From Bispira polyomma (lineage: Eukaryota), in the NCBI GenBank assembly GCA_965649765.1, contig OZ287756.1, positions 36,208,001-36,272,000 of the forward strand: a stretch of 64,000 nt of DNA, written 5' to 3'. The position numbers were made by a program, and so were the translations under genes. The notes under the pieces are model-generated. The model was not told the DNA's origin. It searched no databases and was given only the letters and a program-made list of their open reading frames with translations. This document shows, piece by piece, positions 1 to 13,090 of the stretch; the stretch's first letter is position 1, and each line of letters opens with the position of its first letter.

Positions 1-780
1 CTCTGGAATGGTAGTATTGTTATAGAAGTAACATAAATCTTTTTATACAAGATAACTGTGCTATATACTCATGATAGGTCAAACACTCAGAGGGGTTTCT
101 TTTGAACTCTGTTACTTAGCAGACTGTTGAAATCACAGCTTCTCACTTGCTGAAGGATAGATTGGTCATTGATGACATGACCATGTTATTCAAAGGTCCA
201 AATCAAAGGAACAAGCTTCTTCTGATGTATGTACATCATACAGGTTTTGAGTGGGTGATAAAACCAGCCAGTTCCTGTGGTAAGGGTTGTAATAGATTGA
301 ATCATTCTATGTATAGCAGGTTCAATACTAACACCACTGACCTATACAATAAGTCAGGTGCAAACATTTGGACATTAAACTTGATATACTCACGGCTATC
401 TGAAGCTATATAATTATATGAACTGAACCAACTTTTTTATTATAAGAGCTCTGAACACATATGTTTGTGGCACTATCATGCAATACTGTGTGACATAGCA
501 CTTGCAATAGGAACTTTTTTTTTTTCCTTCTTGCATTCCAACATTATGTCAGTTGTAGTTTTGTATAGGAAGATGTGACCAATACCGAGTATGTTTGGCA
601 GTATCAAAAGACACGACAGAAGTAGGTAACTAGTGATCATTGTAAATGGCCACTTATTCAGTGATGCATGGTCTTCCAAATATTCTTCTGTATTAAAAAA
701 GACTAAATAAGTCTTCTGAATACATCATTACAGAACATACATATGCATAATGTACATTTAAAATTTCATTCATGGAAAAT

Positions 781-1015
781 TTACCTTTGCTTCTGCCGCC
801 ATGGAGGTTATGTTTTATCTGGTGTTGATTAGTTTGTTTGTTTGGTTGTCACCAGGATTACATACAAACTATCTTCTCAATGTACATTCCATTTGGTAGA
901 GGGGATAGGGCATGGGCCACGGAACAACCCATTAAGTGTATCAAGGTAGGAGGGCACTTTTAGGCACTCAAGCACCTTGGTCGAGGTATGTGCTCTACTA
1001 AGTTCCGTTTCAGTT
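781..1015 (+). mobile_element. Non-autonomous Helentron-associated (HINE/DINE-1-like) element, decayed
   Basis: Starts ttacc..ccgccatggaggttatgtttt, then a (gttt)n microsatellite and caggattac..gggcatgggccacggaacaacccattaa. Ends ttggtcgaggtatgtgctctactaagttccgtttcagtt. This layout is typical of invertebrate HINEs; related copies lie at ~12905, ~29545 and ~51120. Confidence 0.6.
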
Positions 1016-2244
1016 GTCTTGTCATACTGATTCTGTTATATAAGTTATACATCTAGCAGTAAATCAGGGATTTTGCTGACTTCTTCAAGCACTATTTACA
1101 GACTACTTTGTATACACTCCGCCCACAAACCCCACCTGTTAAATCACATCCTGTTTTCCTTTGCTGCTTCAGTGCCTGTACAAGACTAATAGGTAGTGAG
1201 ACTGAAGACTGATCTAAATCTAACATGACTAGGAAGTGATGCTGAAGACCAAGGGGATTGATAAAAGAAGCCTAATCATGCCTCCCTGTAGCCAGGAAAC
1301 CCTACACTGTCCAAGCAAAAACTAGCCAAATATCTACCATGTCAACCATTAAAGCCTGCTTAGCCCTCAATATTAATCCAGTGTTAACACACCAGATTTT
1401 GCTGGGAAAAGTCCTTTAAACACAGCAAATTTGGAAGGAAAAGTCCTTTTACTAGAGACATGTTACCACATAAAATGGAATTAAATTGATAAAGTTCTAT
1501 TTAGAGGTACGGCTGCAGTTTAAAATACATCATTGGTAGTCCAAAATCGACAAATTCATCCCTTACTACAAAACATGTGTATCTCCTTCCAGAGCTGCAG
1601 AAAAAAGTTAAACCCTGCAAATCCACCATTCATTCCCAAAACCCCCACACACCCCATTAAAATTGACTAGATTCAGACCCAAGCTCCAATTCACGTCCCA
1701 GTATATCACCTCAAACTACAACAATTAAAGTCCTGACTATATGTTTTACCTCACTCAATAGTGATGGTAATGTTGGTTTTTTGGTTGGTTTTTGCATTTA
1801 AAGTTTGCTCTTATGATGACATATTGGTGGTGATTCTCCTTATATGAGATATTTTTCTCCACCAATATCCGTTAAACAAGCACTCAGTCTTGCTTTAAAG
1901 TAGTTTGCAGACTAGCATGAGGTGAGCACTAGTGAGTGGTTTCATTGCTTTCACACAAAAAGTGCAGTGAGAACTTGTGAGTGAGATTTGGCATTACAGC
2001 ATGTACGTAAATGTATGCTTACTTAAATGCTGTTTTCTTTTTTTACTATATTAAGTTCAACACACACATTTTCTAATTTGCAGTGGGTTATGTAATCAAA
2101 GTAGCCAAGTAGTACTTTTTTAGGCTGCCATCTGGACACTAGGGCTGAATTAAAACAGCACCTTGGGGCGGTCACACTAGTACGGGCCTTATGTTTGGTT
2201 TCTACAAATTTAACTCTTCTTGTTGGTACTTGCAATGACCTTGA

Positions 2245-2547
2245 CCCTTTCAACACCTTATATTGTAGGCAAGCAGCCGTTGCCAATTATTACTCCCAGA
2301 ACCTATGGCTGTCGGAGAGCAGTTAAAAACACCCCCCAAAAATTATTTAATTTTCTTTCAATTCCTCGCAGTAGGAAATTATTAGTACAGCAGACTCCCC
2401 TGTATAAAAAAAATAATAAAATAATACAGGAAGTCGATATTTATTGCCGGAAGTAGTTTGTGGTGTGTGTTTTAATGACTTTTGCTATCTAAAACTTATT
2501 GCCAAAACAATTCCTTTATTTCCTGTTTTCTCCCAGTCGTGAAAGGG
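2245..2547. mobile_element. piggyBac-like MITE
   Basis: Termini ttga|ccctttcaacac ... gtcgtgaaaggg|ttaa: CCCT/AGGG terminal inverted repeat with a TTAA-type flank (left copy mutated to TTGA). Confidence 0.45.
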
Positions 2548-2811
2548 TTAAGAGTCTCCACTAGGTTGTTTAAGCAGTAGGTCCAGTCTGGACATTCTGT
2601 CCTCCTGGCCATGTTCCTCTGTTTGCAGACAAAGCATGAGTGTATTTTTTTCTTTATTTTTGCCAATGCCCCAGTGACTGAGATCACTCAACAGGTTCAG
2701 TTATCTGTATAATCCCTGCACTTAGTAATATGATTGAAGACTGCACCCATATGATGGAGTGGCTCCGCCTCCGAAACCACACGCCTACAAGCTGCTACAT
2801 CTCCAAACCTC

Positions 2812-3052
2812 CTGGAATGTATATCCAGCTCATACTCAACTCAAATCCGGAGTCTCTATAACTCTGCATACAGTAAACAGATCTAACGTTTGACTTCATA
2901 TTGGAATTCAGTGTTGAAAGTTCTATTAAAATGAATGGTCACAAGTATAGGTTTTTAATTTCCATATACAATTGCACAACAATTTCCATATGGGCCTATA
3001 TTTGAGTTGAGTATAACTTTAAGTATGACATTATTTTGACAATACCAGCCCA
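2812..3052 (+). mobile_element. Dispersed ~240-bp MITE family A, copy 1
   Basis: Core gaattcagtgttgaaagttctattaaaatgaatggtcacaagtataggtt, shared with seven other copies; aactca/tgagtt subterminal motifs. Confidence 0.6.
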
Positions 3053-5849
3053 AATGTTTATCAAGCTCTGGATTAAACTCAACATAATGGCATCCTTTTA
3101 CATACAGTTCCAAGTCATCATAAGGTTTGCTAATCAATTGCTTTTTAAGTGAGATTTTTAAATGACAAGTAAAACTCTAATCCACATTAGACTTGAGAGG
3201 CCAAGTTGTTTATAATTGTAGTGAATGAGTTCACCTGTCTAATGGTAACCTTTAGTTTGAGCCCAGTCTCCTAAACTATTGACTGTGTAATAATCAGGAG
3301 GTGACCTCTGATCTTACACATCTCCCCATACTCTAGAGGGCCAAAACAATACCACCATTACCACCATTACCTTTACTCAAATACACCATTTGGTATAAAC
3401 GGTACTGCAATTATAATGAGTATTTTCAGAAAAATGGTATACCCAAATATGTTTTTGGGTATAATTTAATTTCTCTGCAGATTTTTGAAAGGACTATATT
3501 TCTGCTCTAGTCTTTGCAAATACTGACTCCTTTTTCAACAGACATGCACAATAGAGTATATATTAACACTGTACACACTAATATTTAACTGTATTTAAAC
3601 GCATTCAAGATGAGTAGATCACCGCCATGTCAGCAAGACTACTGTGTGGATGAATATGTAACTTTAGATACACCTGACTATATGATGTTGTGTATCTACA
3701 TCCCTGAACGAATATGTCAGTCAAGTATGCCAAACTGCTTGTGACATCTGGTTCCTGAGGTCGAATCCAAACAATTTCTAGGCTAAAGTCGAAATAAGAC
3801 CAGATAATAATGTCGCACACTCCCTGGCAAATATACGACCAAATATGAAGTTCCTGTGGCAAGTGGTTTACTCAATATGGTCTGTGTAAGGCTGTATAGG
3901 ATAAGGTCATAACTCATAACAAGGTCAGAGGTCAAATTGACGCGCTAACTACATAATACATACTCATTTTACTAAATTTGAACTTCCTGCAATCCAACCC
4001 AGGCAATGACAATAGCCTTAAGAATTAATGGGACTGGCTCTAGACTAATAAAAATGTTATTCGTAAGAGATAGTTTTTTAATCTGGCCTTAATCTCTTTC
4101 TCATCTGACATAATGACTCTAGGAAGATGTCTCTTAAATGGTGACAAATTATCTGAATAAAAAGTGCCTGTAAACCTCAGAAGTGTATAAAAAAACCTAT
4201 AGCCATGTATATAAGAATATAAAATCCCATACAATAGGGTCTCTGTATAGCTTTATACTGACTGCATGATTACCCCAGTGGCCATCTGGATTATATACAA
4301 GTATATGCATATTAAGAACTAAACAGGGCCTTATTATATGGCTTGATAAGGGAGCTGTAAGGTGATATGCTCACTAAATACCCTGCTAGCTAAGATATTA
4401 TCAAAGAGGGCCATTCTTTGACTGTGTATTCAGACTGCTCCTCTCTGTCTGTATTACTGGTTCCTAACACTTTGACTTATTCCCCAGACTACTCATTTTT
4501 TACACCAGACTACCACTGAAAATACCCAGGCTTTACCCACGATCTTAACATACACCGATGACCCCACTCAGATCATTAATTAGTGCCTATTTGTTATTCA
4601 TTGACATATAGAAATTTTTTTTGCCACATAATAAAAATATCTCTATTGCTTGCAGCTTTAAATTCCTTCTATAAAAGGTCTCATTCATGGAAAATGGTCG
4701 AGTTTACAAAATACAGAAATCTTCTCCACTTCCTTTCTTATACAAGCACAAGGCAGCTGTTGTAAGTTGAACAATCTACAATGTATGGTTATATTTGTGT
4801 CAGGGATACACTAAATACCTATTTTATCTCCAAATCCCTTAGAAATGTAGTCATTTTTTGTAAGTTATTGACAATAAGTCATTAGTTAGGTAATAATATA
4901 AAATTTGCACAATTGTACTGTACAATACTTCACTTTGTTAACAAAACTATAGCACCTACTCATATATGTTATTATTTCCACAAGCTAACCCAATCTGAAT
5001 AGCCAATGCACTCTTGAAATAAAGGTACTGGTAACAGTAATAGTTAGGAATGCTGTATAAAAGCAGAGAACCAATGCTACATTTATTGTTTGGATTATCT
5101 TCCATGTGATACAGTAGTCATACGCTGATCAAATTCTGGCATGATTTTTATCTGTGGGTTCAACTGCTAGCATTCAATGTTTTACAGGACATGCAAATAT
5201 CTTCAAGTAGTAACACTTACAGACTAACCAGTCTACCTGGAAACACAAAGGGAAAGACGTCTGGAAAGGTAAAACTGTCCACCTGACAGGTTCAAACTTG
5301 AAATTAACCTCTTAAATATGGCAGTTTTAAGACAATAAAGAACTCAGGGACACTTCACAGCAGATTATAACTTGCTAGGTTGGGCATGCTGCAAATTAAT
5401 AAAACAGGTACAGTTCAACCACTTGAAGTCAAACTCTGTTGTCGATTTTGGTTTATGCTGAGAAAAATAACATAACACTAAAAGGAGCTTTTCTTTTGAA
5501 ATCTAATAGCCTGTTAAATGGAAATCCTGCTTAAACGGCAGTATTTGTTCTTGTTCCTTGAGATGTGACTAGAAGTGATTAAATTACATATAAATTTCCA
5601 ATCAAACTGCAATTATACCCATATTATATCAGCCCAGATCATAGAACATACCCCATAAAATGGATACCTAATAGCGTTATCTATTGGGTAACACAACTGA
5701 CACACTTTATGTTTCCAGACTTGGAGGCCACTCATATATGACTGATGACTAGAAGTCAAGGAGTTCCCATGTCTCTGCTGATAGCATTCATTGACACAAG
5801 GTCCCAGGGACACAGTTCAGACAAGTGGTCCTGGACCAGTAACCTCCAA

Positions 5850-6050
5850 CATTCTAAAGATTCTACTCTGACTCAACAGGTCAAATCTTAAGGTCTCAAT
5901 ATCTCTGGCCAGAGTGAGGTGAAGTCCAATCTGACTACATCATTGTATTCAGTCCTGAAAGCTCTTCTAAAGGAAATGGTTTTGTGTATAGGTTACTTCA
6001 ATACACAAAATTTACACATAGCCCTTCATCTGAGTTTGAGTGGAGAATAT
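5850..6050 (+). mobile_element. MITE family A, copy 2 (decayed)
   Basis: tattcagtcctgaaagctcttctaaaggaaatggttttgtgtataggtt ... tgagtttgagt matches the family core. Confidence 0.45.
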
Positions 6051-6739
6051 GAAACTGCAAGCTACACAGCCAATGGATCAATGATACTGTCAGCATCTGA
6101 TACCAGCCTAAAACCTCATTTGTCAAAAGAATTCTGTGACATATATATATGGTATACAGCAAAATTGCCCTCCTAGACAAATATATACACAAATCGAATA
6201 TATATCTCGGGGTAGGACAGTGATGATATAAGCTACTGTACTGGTTTATTTTAACAATGCTGACGTTGCACCAAAACTACTTGAGGTAATATAAAAATCT
6301 TTAATGATAAAACCTGCATGTACTACACCGTATATCATTATGAAAGTGGCCCATTACATAAACTGTAGTGACAAATTTGACCCCTTGCAAAAATTGTGAT
6401 GACGAAAGTGACGTCTGTGCCAAAAATGTGACGCAAGTGATAATAATAAAGGTGACATTTTATTGACCATTTTTAAGAGAAGAACATTTTTTACTTAGTT
6501 TATCAAAACAGTTGATGAAGAGGTCAGATCAACATTCACAAGTTTTCTGATGTACACCATGGCATTATAACAACGGATGAGTCAGGGAAACAAGCTCATC
6601 TGAGTAAGCAACACAAACTGGCTACAAAAACATCCTTCCTTTCCATTTTTACTAATTGAAACTTCTTGTAACAACACAAACATACTCATCACTTTTTATG
6701 CAGATACCACTGGTCTGAATCTTTTGCCTTTTTATTTGA

Positions 6740-7692
6740 TGTACAGGGATTTCTTTTCTTTGCCCACAGGACTTTTGCCCACAAGGAACTTTGCCCACAA
6801 CAATTTTTACAGGGGAGGAACTTTGCCCTCAATAATAATAAAATATTAAATAATAACCTTACAAAAAAGTTATTATTATTTTATTGAATTTATTGAATAA
6901 AATGTAAACAGTATATAATATCTACATTATCAAAACAGTCAACAGCACTTTGTACAGACTTCAGAAACAGTCATTAGCATTATAACATCATGTTTTTAGT
7001 TTAGTCTGATTGTGGCACCAACAGACTTCAGAAATTCTTCTAGTGTTTTCTAGCAAGGTGCCTTTGTCCAACTGGTGTAGCAAAAGCCATCATCCTGTTA
7101 TTTGCTTATTTTCCACATGAATCAGAAACTCTTCCCCCTAAATTAAGTCCACTTTTCCTCAAGCTCAAGCTCATGGAGGGATGATGGATCCTTAGGAAGT
7201 GCACCTCTCTTCTGTTCGTGGATTACTCGTTTTACAGATTCCATATTTGCAAGTGCAGCCCTGACTTCCACTGGAACATTATCTACATTGTCAGCAACAA
7301 TCTGGGATGGTTTACTTCTGGTAGCTGTAGCATGATCCTTCATAGTAGTTTTAACTTTAGCTACTTGCACTGTTTTCATCACTACTGTGGCTATGTTTAC
7401 TTTTACTTATCACACAGTTATCTAAGGTGAATAATAGGAAGCACGGAAGCTTTTGGTGAAGGTCAATTAATTGTTTATCTCTTTTGAAACTATTATGTCC
7501 TGAGCAATTAGGTTAGTTAGTTAGGTGAATAATAATTGCAATAAAAAAAGAAAATGTCTTTGTGGTGGGCAAAATTTGTGGGCAGAAGTCCTACCCTGTA
7601 AAAATGGTTGTGGGCAAAGTTCCTGTGGGCAAAGTTCCTGTGGGAAAAGTCCCCTGTGGGCAAAGCTCCTATGGGCAAAGTTCCTGGATTCC
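6740..7692 (-). mobile_element. Internally deleted Mutator-like (MULE) DNA transposon
   Basis: Long inverted termini built from repeated ctttgcccacagg / cctgtgggcaaag units (6758-6830 vs 7565-7692). Internal remnant ORF 7143-7382 (..LANMESVKRVIHEQKRGALPKDPSSLHELELEEKWT) resembles the region preceding the MULE DDE domain, and a C-terminal KTLEEFLKSVGATIRL remnant lies near 7000-7050. Possible 9-bp TSD tttatttga/tttatctgg. Confidence 0.65.
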
Positions 7693-10600
7693 TTTATCTG
7701 GGCAGACTATACCTAATGTACAATAGAATATGGTTGTAGTTGATAAGGGGAGTTAGAGGTTACCTAAACAGTCCTGTATGTGGGCACTGTATGTCAGTGT
7801 GTTACATCCTTTTATTTAAAGCAGACCATTATCTGAGTCATTATATTGATCTAAAGCATTTTATAAACACCCGGGTAATTAGGCACAATTGGGTCCTTTC
7901 TGCAACTATTTGTTGTACTCAACTCACATTGGTTAATCCCCTGGTTCAACAAATTAGAACAAAATGTACAACAAAGGCCTCTATTTGTAAACTCCTTCCA
8001 CACAACACACACTATTCAGCAGGACAATTCCCACACAAGTACTTCCACCAACACCACCATCTTTCCGTAATCCGATCATGCATCAGTGGAACATGCTAAG
8101 TCTCAAAATCCTCCACATCACAGAGATTTACTAAATGCTGTGTCTGTCAGGTTCTTATAAGTATCATAAGCTCATTACATCTACTGATCACAATGATGAA
8201 ACTTAGGGACCTACTTTAGGTTGAGCTATATAGTTGCTTGTAATTACACGGACTACTGCTCTACTTCCAGAATTAACTTGTAGTAAAAACAACAGTAGTT
8301 AGGGGAATAACCGTTCCTGACACTGGATGGCTGTACTTGGGCAATCAAGAAAGGTTACTTTTTGATTACCCAGATAGAGGTAGATAATTGTAGCCAGTAT
8401 AACTTTAATGCAATACAATACATGAAACAATTAAACCTTTTAGTAAAGACAAGGAGAGAGGGTGTCAAAGTCAATAAGTCCTTCCATTAGCCAGAGTTAC
8501 CACCACCATCAGGGGTCAGCTCAAACAGAGCCACCCTAATCTCTTTAAAAGGGTGATGACTACACCACCACACTACACCCTAGCAACCCCCCACTGTACA
8601 CCCTACTTGTATAAAAACCGAGCTCTCTAATCATGACTCAGCCACCATTATACATATATATCCACTCAGGGGTTTATCAGGTGTAATATCACAGCGCAAT
8701 TACAGCATTGTCTTTTTTTGTCCAAAAATAATTTCGGTGAGACACAAATTCTACCTCTTTGGGTGATTATCACAGCTTATGTATGGTTGACTTAAAAGCT
8801 TCAAATTAATTAGTTGTTTGTCCTTTGTATAGGACAAAAACACACGCCATTCTTTAATAGGTGATCATGTCATTATCTCTGAAATGGTCAGTTCAGGGTG
8901 TGTCTACTACTGCAAACAGAATCTTAGTTTTGTCAAATTAAATAATAAAGCTTACATGAGTCAAATACATACAAGACAAAGAAGAAAGGTATATTATATT
9001 TGAGGGGGGAATTTATGTGTAACTGGGCTGTTTATTTTAGAGTTTACAGAAAGTTTACATCAGAAAGCACATTCATTCAAACCGCAATATTTTACACAGA
9101 CTACAGACAACTAAGAGACTGGTTTGAAAGTAAATTGAAAACTTAATATAGTTTTTGTTTAATGAGCAAGTGTTCTTTTATGTTTGCAGTTATTGAAAAG
9201 ACGTACTTAACATTTGAGAGAGGCTGTAACACAAACAAACCACACCTGACATTCCGAGTGAAAGACTCGAGAAACTTTAGAAAAACTCTGACATTCATTA
9301 ATTGAACAACCTGTCATGGAATTCTTCTTTTGTCAGTGTTGACAAACATTTGCAGCATGCACACAACACCAGACTGTTATAATACGGCCAACCAGTCTAA
9401 TGATGTCATTTGGCCACATACCATGTTAATTACAATGTTACTTAACTGGGGTAATAACCCACTTAACACAGACATAAACATCGCTGATACATTGAGGATA
9501 AATAACTGCATGATATACAGCTACTAAGGGGAGACAACAATATTACAAAGACAGCATCAGATACTGAACTTCATCTCGTGTAAAAAAGTACATCAAGATT
9601 GATGAAGAATCCAACACAGATGCCCATCTTCACTTTGTACATGGTTACAGCTTAATATACAAGTCTCTTCTGTTCAGCAATTACATGTTTTGCATTTCAT
9701 GTATTTCATTTTTACTATAATTAGCATTTTATGAGCTTTCAAATTTAATCCAAATGAAAGGCATCAGTCTATCTATATAAGAATATACATATTAAGGTTT
9801 CACATTTTTTGACAACTGATTAGGCAGCATACTGGATCACTTCAATAGTTGCATGTTAAGGAATTCAATGTTGTTGATAAAATCAGTGTATTGACAAGTT
9901 TAGTTGTTTGTTTGAAACTGTTCACCTAATCCCATTACCAGCAGAAGTTACAAACTGACTAATTGAGTTTCAGAAAATAGATCATACAAAACATAATTTA
10001 AATTTTTTTAAAAGTATGCTCTTAAATCTAAAGTATACAAAAGTGCATTATAACTGTTTTGAAAGGAAGTTGGTAAAAAGATTATTTAGAGACCACTATA
10101 TTATGTTATAGATGCGTCTTTAAAGACCAGAAAATTAGGGTTCTTTCAAGGAATCAGAATTACTAGCATAAACCACAAAAGGAGGGCTTCAAGCACCCAG
10201 ACAAGTCTTAGAGAGAGGCATTACTCTGTGATGGATGTCACATCTAAAGTCTGCAGGCTTGGTTTTCAGAAAAAAAAACAACTTCTTTTCTCATAAATTA
10301 AAGGGAGAGAAATCTCTTCCTTTCTAAAGGTAACCCTTCCAGACAATACCCCTGTCTCTGTTCCTGTGAAAAGGAATTCCTGCTTTGTCCTCTTCTTAAA
10401 GTTAAAAAAAAATCTTTTGATGTAGTAAAAGATTTCTTACAAAAAAATCATCTGAACTGCTGATAATTTATGCATAGAAAGGGAGGTGGTTATCAAAACA
10501 AAAGTAAAAGAATTGGTTTTCTTTTAAATTGAAAAGAGTTCTGCTTTACGTAGTGTATGACAATCTTTGAGAAATAGCCAAAACACTAATAATATTATCA

Positions 10601-12063
10601 CGTCTCTAGTTCATATACCCTGAGATATGGATACGAGACTCTCAAAGAAATGTACATGTATATGAATTTCAATTGCCAAGCTTTTATATGAAGACTTTTA
10701 CTGATTGACTGTAACATTCACAAACCTCTATTAGTATTACACTCCTGTTATATTACTTAATGGTAAGTTAACTTGATAAATATTGACCACATTCTAGAAG
10801 AAGGCTGAAGCCTCTAATTTAGGTAATGTCCTCAAATGTAGTCACTAATTGGAGGGGATATAATCAATACCTGGGCTGTAATTAGTAGTTTACTGGTAAG
10901 ACTAGGAGGTCTAGTTACATCCTGTAAGAAGTAATATGATGTGAACTCAAATCAATCTCTACATTAAGACATTAAGGAACAACTAAATACACTGTAACTA
11001 TGGGAGAATCGTTAGGTATCGTTAGGCAACAAAGGGATTCAATATTGAAAACCTTGATTCCTCTTATAGCTTACAATTAAACCAAGTAATCTTCCAGTAC
11101 AGGTTCACCCCAAGGCAATATGGCTATACAGGAAGCGAACTCATTACACCAATTGTTTCTCAGCACTAAGAAAAAAGGCCGTCCTAGCCTTGCCTGTACC
11201 AAACATAAGTTCTAAATCCATTCAAAATTGTATTGTTTGTTAATTCCTGATGTTTATATGACTTCAGACAAATACAAAGGACTGCCGGTTAGTAACACTT
11301 GCTATGTGGTACCAACAGTTTAATAAGGTCTGCAGGATCCTTGCAAAGCAGCAAACATGATGATAGTGATATATATTGAAATGCTTATTACTATATAATA
11401 GCAGAATGGTCCATGAAACAAATCAAGCTTGCATCCTTTTCTATTTGAACACATTTGCCTTGCCTCACATATACTTGCCATGCCTCTCATATACTTGCCT
11501 TTTCAGAAATAGGCACTACTCACCGTAAATTATTTTGTAGCTTCTAAAGACTTGACTTGCATGACACATGCTAGCTTGCAAAGACCAATCGGAACCTCAA
11601 ACAGACAAGTGTGACCTGTGTGAAGTGCTTCATCATAGCCTGCAGCTGGGGAAGGCTAATAAGGCTGATTTTAGTGAACACCACAGTCAGGGAGACTGAC
11701 TCCTTGGCATACAAAGTAGTAAGGAAGGAAACCATCTTAACCTGCCTAAACCATCACACACCCTGTATATTAACCATAGGTCTTATACTTGAAACTTTTA
11801 TATCATCTCACAACATAGATTCTGCTGTATCTCTCAGTTCAATATGGCAGATCTGACTACATATATATTGCTCAGTGAAACCTCTATTAAACGAATGGGA
11901 ACAAGTCTAGATTATTCCTATTTAATAAGGAAATCTACTCGACAGGCGGAAGCAGTATCTGAGTTTAAGTTTTGAAGATCTTAAACGAGCAGAAAACCTG
12001 ATCTTCACCTCAAACTGGACTATTCCTATTTAATAAGATGCAGGGCACCCTACACCAATCAAG

Positions 12064-12093
<30 letters not shown>
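12064..12093. repeat. Poly-C homopolymer (30 nt)
   Basis: Seen directly; further C runs at 12118-12128, 49410-49431 and 58226-58243. Confidence 0.9.
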
Positions 12094-12094
<1 letters not shown>

Positions 12095-12904
12095 CGCAAC
12101 ACTGCTGTATCCTGACTCCCCCCCCCCCCATCCTCAATATATTTGCCATTTCCAGCCTAACAACTTCTGATTATCAAAGCTTTCACTACCCCAAATTAAG
12201 TTTTCAGCAACCCAAATGGAATCAGATAAACATGATTCCTTCCTTGACTTTAAGACCGCGTCACAACTTGGCATTTATAAGCTTATGACATCACTGCTTA
12301 CTTAAGTCTAGGCACTGGTAAATCTTTGCTAACACCAAGGTGTTTTGCTAATGTCCAGTCCTTTTTTACAAATATAGATATTTCAGATGAAAGTCAGTGA
12401 ACTTAATCTTTAGGGTTTGGAGTGGCTCACTGCCGACTAAGGCTGTGAATGATCAGAGACTGACTTGGAGCAGAGAAGGGGATGTGACTTTCTTAACCTG
12501 TCTCTTGTAATAGGTCAGCTGATTCATCTAGAACCACTAACCCTCCCTTATCTCCCTAAAAGAAAGGTTACAATCAATTTGAGATATAAAAAGACACAAA
12601 CAAAAAGCTTTTAAGTTCCTTAAAAATCTAGTTTTGTTATTATTTTGGGCAGAACGAGAAGGTTTCAGGAATAACTGGTTTGTTTTGACTAGCTTTTAAA
12701 AACTAAAAGCACATAAGAACATTCAGTAAAGTGCAAGCCTCCAATATTGGATACAAAAATATCTAGCTACAGACCTGGATCTCAAAAATCAACCGTCTGA
12801 TGGCAAGTCTAGAAGTGGATGAATAACTTATTTGACCAAAACACCCATTTGTTAGTAGTTATTGATGTATAAGGTTACTATAAATAGTCCTCAAAATACA
12901 CTTG

Positions 12905-13090
12905 TTACCAACTAATTTACACAATTAAATTAGCAATTTATTAAGATCAGCACCAAAATGTAACGGTTTGTTCCCCCTGACATACGTCCTACCCCTCCAC
13001 ACAGTTTGGTCAAAAATAGGCCTCAGTAGTTTTTGTGTGATACTGTTCAGAAACAAACCAACAGGGGCCAAAAGGTAACAGGTAATAATT
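12905..13090 (-). mobile_element. HINE-like element fragment
   Basis: gatcagcaccaaaatgtaacggtttgttcc..cagtttggtcaaaataggcctcagtagtttttgtgtgatactg..aaacaaaccaac is the reverse complement of the family at 781 and 29545. Confidence 0.5.

Noticed and set aside
147-679. ORFs 147-413 (+; VIDDMTMLFKG, faintly piggyBac-like) and 476-679 (-; hydrophobic stretch)
   Set aside because: No further colinear motifs and no supported splice structure; indistinguishable from chance ORFs.
12064-12128. Poly-C tracts as functional G-quadruplex elements
   Set aside because: Homopolymer C/G runs are common in such genomes, their length is error-prone in assemblies, and nothing in context suggests function.
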